Source: a virus. Taken from it: a stretch of 64,000 bases of DNA. The first letter of the stretch is position 1. Each line of letters opens with the position of its first letter. The notes beneath the pieces were generated by a model. That model searched no databases and was not told where the DNA came from. It saw nothing but the letters and a program-made list of their open reading frames with translations. The stretch is from IMG/VR virus record IMGVR_UViG_3300017956_006678, positions 1 through 64,000 of that record; one strand, written 5' to 3'. The position numbers and the translations under genes were made by a program. Below, piece after piece: positions 48,373 through 56,794 of this stretch.

Positions 48373-51300
48373 ATGAAAAAGAGTTTAACATTAGGAAATA
48401 CAAAATTATTTGATCCTTCAGTTAAAAGAAATGAGAATTTTTTTAGTGATGAGGCTTTTTCAGATTTTGATTTTAAATCTGACAATGATCTTTTATTTGA
48501 ATCTAAAAGAGGTACCTCTAGATCAGGGCAATCATCAAAAACTTCGAAGTTTGGAAAAATATATTCAACTAGAGAATTAAATATTGATTTTTCTAAATTT
48601 GAAAATCATACTTTTTTTGATTCTGCTGTTTCTAAAACAAATATAGCATTTGATCGAGTCATCAATAAGTTTCCTTTTGATCAGAGAAAATCTGATATTG
48701 AAGATTTTAAAAATGACGGAACAGGTTATGAAAATTATGTTTATGATCAATTTCCAAAAAATAAAGGTTTTATTCATTTCATATCAGCATCAAATCAACA
48801 CATAGCCATCAAAGATTTGTCTGGGTATTTATATAGTACTGATAATGAAAAGAAAACCAATAATCCTGTATTCTCTCCGCTCAAAAGGGGTTTTACTACA
48901 GAATTTTGGTTAAGAGTCCCAGAAGAATCAAATCAAGAATCTATCGTATGTCAACTTATTGATACTAGTCGTGCAGGATTTTCTATATCTTTAAGCGGGT
49001 CATCTGATTCGGCAACAAATTGCAATTTAAGTTTTACTGTGATTAGCGGGTCTAATGCAGAGACAATTACCACTTCATTAAAAAAAGGTGAATTCAAGTT
49101 TATATCTGCAGTTTATGACAACAATAAGAAGAATTCACAAATTTATATAGATTCCCAACTTAAAGTTACTTCGTCATTTAGAGATTTTGATAACTTAGAA
49201 ATGAAATTGTCTGACTTTTTAATTGGATCAGGAAGTTCGTACACAGATGATGATGTTAATAGCACTACTTTTTTACCGCTAACAACCTTGTCAGGGGCAA
49301 TTGATGAATTTCGTTATTATCATGGTGCAAAAGGTATTACACAAATTCAAGATACACAATACACATCTACTTTTTTAGATGCAGAAGATAATCTAGATTT
49401 AATACTATATATGAAATTTAATGAACCTGCAGGATCATACACAGGTAATAGTATTGTTTTGGATTATTCAGGAAATAGTTTGCATTCTCAAATAACAAAT
49501 TTCAGTGTAGCAATGAGAAATTCAGGGTCAGTTGCTACTATTCCTATAAAAAAAGAAAAATTATCAGATTGTCCAGTACTTTTTGCTGATAATTCAAATG
49601 TAAAATCTTTAAATACAAACTTATTGACTTCTGCATCACTTTATGATGAATTTAATCCTAATTTAATTACAAAACTTGTCCCAGTACATTATTTTCTAGA
49701 AGGACAACAAGAAGAAGGTTTTTCTAACTTGACAGGAAGTTTAGGAAATTCTTATGTAGGCGGTAATTTACCTAATACGGGTAAGTTAGGTTCTGGGCAA
49801 CTATTAATGTCATTTCTTCTTATATGGGCAAAGTTTTTTGATGAAATAAAGATAAGTATTGATGCTATGGCGGATATACTTCATGTATCGTATGATGATT
49901 TTGAAGGTTCTTCACCAAATTTTTACAAATTAATTGCTGAAAATAGAGGAATTAGACTTCCTAATATCATTGATAGCAATATAAGTTTTGATAAATTCCA
50001 AGATGGAATTAATATTAATAACACAGGAACTACTTCTGTGTATTCTCTCAATGATTTTCAAAATGAAATCTGGAAGAGAATCCTTATCAATATCAGACAC
50101 ATTTATAAGGAAAAAGGAACAAGACGATCATTTCAATCATTGTTCAATACACTAGGTATTGATTTTGATAAGTACTTTTCTTTAAAAGAATACGGAGGTT
50201 CTAGATACCATTATTTAAGTGACTTAAGAAAAGAAGATAAGAAAGTTATTAAATTTATTGACTTAAGTGGTTCCTTTGCAGTTAGAAGTGATGCTGATAA
50301 AGCAGATATCGATGCGCAAGGTTTAAGCAAAGGTACCTCCGGAATTAATTCAGCACCTTATTTAATATCTCCTTTTTTATCTAGTTCTAGAATTGAAACC
50401 GGTTTTCCCGATATAGACGGAACATACGTTCAAAAAAATATATTTCCTCCGCATGGAATATCTAATGCAGTGTCAGATGGTTTGTTGACATCAGGATCAT
50501 TCACTTATGAAGGAATATACAAATTCGTAGGAAGTCACCATGTAACACAAAGTTTAGTTAGACTTCATGTAACAGGAACAGCTGCACCAAGTTCAACATC
50601 TGGAGGAGTCTTAACAAATCTAATTGCAATTAATGATGGTAATAATTCTAAAATCAAGCTTTACGTTAAACCTCATGTTTCTTCTGTTGAAAATGATTTT
50701 TTAGAAATGCAAATAACTAGTGCTAGTCTATTTGATGGTAACCCGTGGTATGTAAGTTTTGGAAAAATAAGAAATGATGACAATATATTTTATAATTCTG
50801 TTGATATTAAAAATACACCATCAAGTAGTTTCTTTTTAAGATGTGGAAGATTAGATAGCGGAAGAAAAAATGTTTATTTTACAACATCAAGTTTTTATAA
50901 TGAAAAATCAAGAAAGAATAATCAAACTAATTATTTTAATTCTATTGGCACAACTTTAAATGCAAGTGGTGCATACGCCTTAATAGGATCCCAATCAATC
51001 ACTGAGTCTCCTCGTTTTTTAAATTCTGATCAAGTTGAAAGTGAAGCCAGATATACAAATTTTTCTGGGCAAGTAAGTGGAATTAGATTCTATAGTAAAG
51101 CAATCACAAAAAAAGGTTTCAAAGAAAGAATAAACAATCCTTTTTCTTTGTCTGTAAAGGATCCTATAAGAAATTATAATCATACGACAAAATTAACCGG
51201 TTCTTTTGGAAAACTACGCTTAGATAATACAGTTACACGACAAATAACAACAAGTTCAAACGCTTCTGGCGAAATTTCTATATTTGACAATTCACAAAAT

Positions 51301-51909
51301 AATTTTAATTTTACCGGTAAAATGTTTGAAGCTTCAAAAAGAATATTGAAAACAGATCAAATTAAATTTACACGTGTTTCATATGACTTTGATCAAAGAA
51401 TATCTGATGACAAGGTAAGGGTAAGAAGTTACGAATTGCAAAAGAATTTAGAAAATTCTATATACTCAGTTAAAGCACCTCTATATGAGATACCTGAAAA
51501 AGATAAAAATGATAGTGATAAAAGAATTAGTATAGATTTGAGTGCAGTTAAAGCTCTTAATGAAGATATTGTTAAAATGTTTGAAAACTTAGAAGTTTTT
51601 GATGAATATTTAGGCGATCCTCGTGATGCTTTTGAAGATTCTTATATAGACTTAGAAAAAGCGAGAGAGGTGTATTTTAATGATCTTTTGCAAAAATTAG
51701 ATTTAGAAGCACATACTAAATTTTTTACATGGTTTGACAATAGTTTTACTGATCTTTTGCTTAGCTTGGTTCCTTTAGAAACAGTATTTTTAGGCGTAAA
51801 TTATGTTATCGAGCCACATATTTTGGAGAGAAATAAAATAAGATATAATTATAATCATCAATATTTGATAAATTCAAGAAATATTAGTGACGATAATCAA
51901 TTTGGATAA
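48373..51909 (+). CDS. Large baseplate/tail structural protein with LamG (ConA-like) domains
   Basis: FTTEFWL...IYIDSQL...LSGAIDEFRYY...LILYMKFNE is LamG-like; a second copy ends FSGQVSGIRFYSKA; IWKRILIN...KEKGT resembles gp7/P2-I wedge segments. Confidence 0.7.
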   Translation: MKKSLTLGNTKLFDPSVKRNENFFSDEAFSDFDFKSDNDLLFESKRGTSRSGQSSKTSKFGKIYSTRELNIDFSKFENHTFFDSAVSKTNIAFDRVINKFPFDQRKSDIEDFKNDGTGYENYVYDQFPKNKGFIHFISASNQHIAIKDLSGYLYSTDNEKKTNNPVFSPLKRGFTTEFWLRVPEESNQESIVCQLIDTSRAGFSISLSGSSDSATNCNLSFTVISGSNAETITTSLKKGEFKFISAVYDNNKKNSQIYIDSQLKVTSSFRDFDNLEMKLSDFLIGSGSSYTDDDVNSTTFLPLTTLSGAIDEFRYYHGAKGITQIQDTQYTSTFLDAEDNLDLILYMKFNEPAGSYTGNSIVLDYSGNSLHSQITNFSVAMRNSGSVATIPIKKEKLSDCPVLFADNSNVKSLNTNLLTSASLYDEFNPNLITKLVPVHYFLEGQQEEGFSNLTGSLGNSYVGGNLPNTGKLGSGQLLMSFLLIWAKFFDEIKISIDAMADILHVSYDDFEGSSPNFYKLIAENRGIRLPNIIDSNISFDKFQDGININNTGTTSVYSLNDFQNEIWKRILINIRHIYKEKGTRRSFQSLFNTLGIDFDKYFSLKEYGGSRYHYLSDLRKEDKKVIKFIDLSGSFAVRSDADKADIDAQGLSKGTSGINSAPYLISPFLSSSRIETGFPDIDGTYVQKNIFPPHGISNAVSDGLLTSGSFTYEGIYKFVGSHHVTQSLVRLHVTGTAAPSSTSGGVLTNLIAINDGNNSKIKLYVKPHVSSVENDFLEMQITSASLFDGNPWYVSFGKIRNDDNIFYNSVDIKNTPSSSFFLRCGRLDSGRKNVYFTTSSFYNEKSRKNNQTNYFNSIGTTLNASGAYALIGSQSITESPRFLNSDQVESEARYTNFSGQVSGIRFYSKAITKKGFKERINNPFSLSVKDPIRNYNHTTKLTGSFGKLRLDNTVTRQITTSSNASGEISIFDNSQNNFNFTGKMFEASKRILKTDQIKFTRVSYDFDQRISDDKVRVRSYELQKNLENSIYSVKAPLYEIPEKDKNDSDKRISIDLSAVKALNEDIVKMFENLEVFDEYLGDPRDAFEDSYIDLEKAREVYFNDLLQKLDLEAHTKFFTWFDNSFTDLLLSLVPLETVFLGVNYVIEPHILERNKIRYNYNHQYLINSRNISDDNQFG

Positions 51910-51916
51910 GTAAAAA

Positions 51917-53011
51917 ATGACAACATCAATAGTAATCGGTACCAATAAACTTACTGAAAATAATCAAAGTGTATCACAAAAAGATAAGCAATTTAATGAA
52001 GACAGTACTACGTCTTTAGGTGTAAGCGTTGGAAGGAATATAACAATATCTAAACAATCAACGCAAAATGTGTCAGGAGTTAAACATGTGTTTTTTCCTG
52101 CATTAAATAACAATAACAGATACGGAGAATCAACATCAGTTGATGCTTTATCTATCGATGCAAATTTAGAATCCAAGTCTTCACAAGGAATTTCAGTTAA
52201 AAGATTTAATGACACGCAGGGTGATAACCTCCCTTATCTTTATATTGGAAATATGCCGTATCCAAACACAGTTCATGAAAGATTTACACCTTTCTGGAAA
52301 GCTGATATGTACGGAATTCAAGAGCATATTATAAAAAATGATCAATTTTTGGTTTTTGATGATTTAGTGCAAGAATATTCCAATCAAAATTATATAAATA
52401 AATCAAAAAGTGAGCAAAGTTATATTTATCCAGCATTGAGTGGATCTCGTTATTCTAGCGAATTTGATACAAATGCAACAATTGAAATATTAGAAATAAG
52501 ATCAGGATTGATTGGCCCGAAAAGGATAAATACGTTAATTGGAAGTAGCGATATAATTCACAGAGGATTTTTTAGTGGTATATCATGTGATTTAATGGGT
52601 GATAATGAACAATTAAAGAAAGGTGGGAATGTTATTATAGACAGCAAGATTGATGTTAAAGAATTAAACTTAGTAAATAATATTCCTTATAATGACTCAA
52701 AACAAAAAACTTTTTTAAACAATAAGCTCAAACCAATAAGTTACGATGGTTTATACACGAGGTCCTTGCAACCTTTTAATGACAAAAGATCAGAAGAATA
52801 TTTAGACAACAAATATGATTTTGCAGGAACAGATGATAGCATGAAAAATTTACTTTATGGAAATGGAATAGAAGCACCTTACTCTAGGATGAGTGAAATA
52901 GGCACAAGATATCAATCTGCTACGTCAGGTTTTGTTTATGATTCTACGACAATAGGAAGTACAACACTAGGAACAGATTCTATCGCATTTGGTGGATTGA
53001 AAGGAGGATAG
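51917..53011 (+). CDS. Hypothetical structural-module protein
   Basis: 364 aa ORF in the structural operon ending GTDSIAFGGLKGG. Confidence 0.55.
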   Translation: MTTSIVIGTNKLTENNQSVSQKDKQFNEDSTTSLGVSVGRNITISKQSTQNVSGVKHVFFPALNNNNRYGESTSVDALSIDANLESKSSQGISVKRFNDTQGDNLPYLYIGNMPYPNTVHERFTPFWKADMYGIQEHIIKNDQFLVFDDLVQEYSNQNYINKSKSEQSYIYPALSGSRYSSEFDTNATIEILEIRSGLIGPKRINTLIGSSDIIHRGFFSGISCDLMGDNEQLKKGGNVIIDSKIDVKELNLVNNIPYNDSKQKTFLNNKLKPISYDGLYTRSLQPFNDKRSEEYLDNKYDFAGTDDSMKNLLYGNGIEAPYSRMSEIGTRYQSATSGFVYDSTTIGSTTLGTDSIAFGGLKGG

Positions 53012-53014
53012 AAT

Positions 53015-56000
53015 ATGCCTAAAATTACAACAAGCACAACAACAAGTTTGGCCAAATCAATAAAAGCAAACGATACAACGAATGAAACACTTGGATTGGC
53101 TACAACATCCCTTTCGGGTTTTCCAACATCAACAATTAATGTTAATGGATTTACAGTATCTTTTTGGGTTAAACTAGACGGATCTAGCTCAGATGTAAGA
53201 CATGTTTATCATGACGATACAAGGTCAGGAGTGCATGGAGGTGTTTGGTTCCAAACAGCAAATCAGTTATATTTTAGAGCAGTTAATTCTGGAGGAGCGT
53301 ACGGTAGATATTGGTCAATTGATATTGCAGATTATCAGGAATGGGTTCATGTCGCAATAACTTGGGACGGCGACATGAACAATGGTGATACAGAATTGTT
53401 TGTTAACGGTGTTTCTCAGGGTGCAGGAACCAATGCACTCGGCACAGGGTCAGGAACAACTCAGGCAATAACTGACTTATACATTTATGATAAACAAGGT
53501 GTTTTAGATGGTTTTGAACTAAAAGGTGCCCTTGTCGACTTTGCAATGTGGAGTAAGGAATACACTAGCTCACAAATTCAAAACATTTATAATGGTGGCA
53601 TTTATAATGATTATTCAGAAATGGGAGGTGTATACACACCCAACCTAATATTATGGTATAGACTAGGTGAAGAATCAACAATTAGTAGTTTAACAACAGG
53701 CGATAGCTTAAGCGCAGGAACACAATTTGCTGCAGCACATACTAGATCAGGTGTTAGTGGCGCTACGCTTACAGCACAGTCTAATATAGATATGGAAATT
53801 GTAGAAGGTCCATACCAAGTAACAACAACGACAACAACAACTTTTTCCGGAATAACTAGTGATACGCCTAGAAGAACATTGAGAGCAAAGGATGCAGTAA
53901 GTGGACAATATCCTACTATCGCTAGAACTGGCGATTCTTCTAGAATGGGAAATTTTAATATTAATTTTGATGATAGGAATACAATTGTATTTGAAGAAAA
54001 TACTACACTTCTTGAATATCCGCATTTAGGACTTTATCAGTCTTCTCATCCCCTCTTAAAATCAAACGCTTCAGCACATTCTACAACAAATTCTGGAGTT
54101 ATAGTAACAACAGGAAGTTTGGTCAAGGGTATCTCTGATGATTACTTATTAAAGGGTGATAGGGTATTAATAGGGTCAAGGTTAGAAAATGATTTAATAG
54201 CCAACGGCGAAGCTCTATCAGGATCTGTCAATATTACTCCATTTGATGAAAGTAGAATTAATTTAGGAACTAGTACATTTTACATGACAGGAACTGCAGA
54301 AGACGTCTATCCTGGTTTTAGTAGTCGTCTTCACGACAAAACACAAATCGTCATTGATATGACAGCAAATGAGACGACATACTTTGGAAATACTAATAAA
54401 TCAAATGATTCTTCTAGTCCTTACTTATATCAGTCCGATACTTCAGATGTAAAACAACCTTATATGGGTTATTACAATCATATACTTAAAAGATGGGAAT
54501 CTATAGGTCAAGGTTTTGGAATGAACCAGACGTATGGTACAGAATCAAATTTAATCGATATAGTAAAAAAAGCTCAAATTGGATTTGATGGTTGTATTGC
54601 AAAAATAGCTACAGGATCAGATCAAACAGGTAATGATTATCGTCTTTTTAATAATGATACACTTAATAGTACAATGAGGCCTATTTCGACTTTTGGTTTT
54701 CCTTTTGATGGAAGATATCATGCAACTGGGAGTCAAATAATTGACATGAGTCAATATATTAATGCACCTTTTGTTGTTGAAAAAGTTGTTTTTGAATTTA
54801 ACGCACTTATAGAAACAGGTGATAGCCCAGGTACTGGTGATACTGACACAAATGGTTATAGATTAGGAGCAGGATATGGAGACCCGTCAGGCATAGGTAA
54901 TTCTACAGATAGTATTTTTACAAATGTTGAAATTAGAAACTATAACTTTTTCTTGTTAAGACAATTTGAAAGTAAATTTGAAAAAAGTTGGGAAATAATT
55001 ACAGGATCTGGAAGTCCTACTAATGAATCGGGTTTTCGATATGGAAAATTTACAGTAACAAGTAGTATTCCCGGGACTTTTGGGTTAGGAGGCGATAGTA
55101 GCACAATTACATTGGTTAAAGATGAAAGAGAATTAATCACATATGGACAACTTATTGATTATCATGTTGATGCATCAAACCCTCTTACAAATGGATCAGG
55201 TTTTACAAAACAAGACGTTTTAAATAGTCCTCTTATCGCTGGGAGGGATGCAATATTTGAAAGAGAAACAGCATCTTTCGGTCAAACATCAGGTTCATCT
55301 TTAACGGGAAGTTTTATTGTCCCTTGTAATGTTAGGCATACTGCAGGAATACTTCCTGCAAATAGAATGAGAGTTTACACAACAAAAGGGACAGTAACTG
55401 AACTAGCTTTATGGATGCAAAATAGATATTCTAGTAGAGGTAGAGATACTTTAGATAAGTCCTCTAGAGCTTTAGTTAATGGTCATGGTTCAGTTTATAA
55501 AGGAGTTACTGAGAGATTACAACCTTTTTCATCTACAGAAGAGGCATTTCCAATAACACCTTCAGCAGCTGAAACGCTGGATGATCATTCTCCCTACGTT
55601 TTGTTTCCGCAAGATAAAATCATTATAGGTTTTCAATATCCGCCACCTGAAAATTTAAAAACAGCTGGGGGTGTATTTGATGATGTTAGATTAAATAGAA
55701 TGGGTTTTAACGGACCAGGAAAAATTACATTATACGGATCGCAAATTAAAGAAAATAAAGAATTTCATGACACGTTAAATCAAAACTTGACAACCTTAGG
55801 TGTCCATGAGGCAATTCATTATGATAACCCAACATTAGATCAATTTTTAGTTGCAACAGAAGCTGAATACAGTGGAAGCTATATGGATACATATGTTAAG
55901 GGTGGCATTGGATCAGTTGCTAGAAGTATTGTGGGGACAGGCGGTAATGAAATTAGCGGATCTTTGCAGAGATTTAGAGGATTTGATAATAGACAACAGA

Positions 56001-56329
56001 GATATTATGATTCTGTGTTAATTGATATTGAATCTATGTTTAAAGCTGATGGTTATAAGATGTTAGATGGAACAGCAATAGGGTTGTCTGATCCAAGAAT
56101 TAGATTAGGGTCTATTACAACAGTAAGTTCTGGAGAATTTGTTCATAATTCTTGGCATGCAATATTTCCTTTTGAACCTCGTTATCATAATTCTGCTAAA
56201 AAAATATCACAAAAAATTTATCTTTATCATGTAGGAGCAGAAAATGATAGTACAGGAAATTTATTTAATCGCTCCAATTTTAGTTTTTTAGGAACAGATG
56301 TTACAACTGACGCAGATTTAGAAAAATGA
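53015..56329 (+). CDS. Large tail/baseplate protein with N-terminal LamG domain (5' part of an interrupted ORF)
   Basis: FTVSFWVK, WVHVAITWD, LFVNGV, GALVDFAMWS, LILWYRL are LamG-like; the frame stays open past the TGA at 56327-56329. Confidence 0.75.
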   Translation: MPKITTSTTTSLAKSIKANDTTNETLGLATTSLSGFPTSTINVNGFTVSFWVKLDGSSSDVRHVYHDDTRSGVHGGVWFQTANQLYFRAVNSGGAYGRYWSIDIADYQEWVHVAITWDGDMNNGDTELFVNGVSQGAGTNALGTGSGTTQAITDLYIYDKQGVLDGFELKGALVDFAMWSKEYTSSQIQNIYNGGIYNDYSEMGGVYTPNLILWYRLGEESTISSLTTGDSLSAGTQFAAAHTRSGVSGATLTAQSNIDMEIVEGPYQVTTTTTTTFSGITSDTPRRTLRAKDAVSGQYPTIARTGDSSRMGNFNINFDDRNTIVFEENTTLLEYPHLGLYQSSHPLLKSNASAHSTTNSGVIVTTGSLVKGISDDYLLKGDRVLIGSRLENDLIANGEALSGSVNITPFDESRINLGTSTFYMTGTAEDVYPGFSSRLHDKTQIVIDMTANETTYFGNTNKSNDSSSPYLYQSDTSDVKQPYMGYYNHILKRWESIGQGFGMNQTYGTESNLIDIVKKAQIGFDGCIAKIATGSDQTGNDYRLFNNDTLNSTMRPISTFGFPFDGRYHATGSQIIDMSQYINAPFVVEKVVFEFNALIETGDSPGTGDTDTNGYRLGAGYGDPSGIGNSTDSIFTNVEIRNYNFFLLRQFESKFEKSWEIITGSGSPTNESGFRYGKFTVTSSIPGTFGLGGDSSTITLVKDERELITYGQLIDYHVDASNPLTNGSGFTKQDVLNSPLIAGRDAIFERETASFGQTSGSSLTGSFIVPCNVRHTAGILPANRMRVYTTKGTVTELALWMQNRYSSRGRDTLDKSSRALVNGHGSVYKGVTERLQPFSSTEEAFPITPSAAETLDDHSPYVLFPQDKIIIGFQYPPPENLKTAGGVFDDVRLNRMGFNGPGKITLYGSQIKENKEFHDTLNQNLTTLGVHEAIHYDNPTLDQFLVATEAEYSGSYMDTYVKGGIGSVARSIVGTGGNEISGSLQRFRGFDNRQQRYYDSVLIDIESMFKADGYKMLDGTAIGLSDPRIRLGSITTVSSGEFVHNSWHAIFPFEPRYHNSAKKISQKIYLYHVGAENDSTGNLFNRSNFSFLGTDVTTDADLEK

Positions 56330-56782
56330 TTTTTTAATTCGTCATTTGCTGCTTTTTCATTTGGATCCGGCCAAAGAAACATGTTTAAATTTGTTAATGG
56401 CACTACACGTTTACATCGTCCAAAAGGGTTTAAATATGGTATTATTAATGCATTACCACAATTTACCAAAAATATATATCGAGGTGATAAATTTGGTCAA
56501 AGAGCAGATATGTTAGAACAAGCACAGGATAGCAGGTTTTTAGTAGGTAGCAGTTTTACTTCTGATGGACCGCTAAGAATTAGATTTGTTTTAGATGATG
56601 ATGATAATGACCAATATGTTTATTTGAATGAAAATGAAATCATAAATAATACGTATGAATCATCAAATCTGAGCATATATGCAACTTCTTCACTTCCGTT
56701 TTTTGATGATGAAACACCTAGAAATAGAGATTATGATAATATAAGTTTACCTAGTAGTATTTTAGAAGTTGTATCAACTTAG
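56330..56782 (+). CDS. In-frame continuation (C-terminal ~150 aa) of the 53015 protein; called separately from ATG 56381 in the ORF track
   Basis: 56381-53015=3366 (divisible by 3); 17 sense codons lie between the TGA and the ATG; no obvious SD before 56381. Confidence 0.65.
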   Translation, partial: FFNSSFAAFSFGSGQRNMFKFVNGTTRLHRPKGFKYGIINALPQFTKNIYRGDKFGQRADMLEQAQDSRFLVGSSFTSDGPLRIRFVLDDDDNDQYVYLNENEIINNTYESSNLSIYATSSLPFFDDETPRNRDYDNISLPSSILEVVST

Positions 56783-56794
56783 AGGTAACGACTA

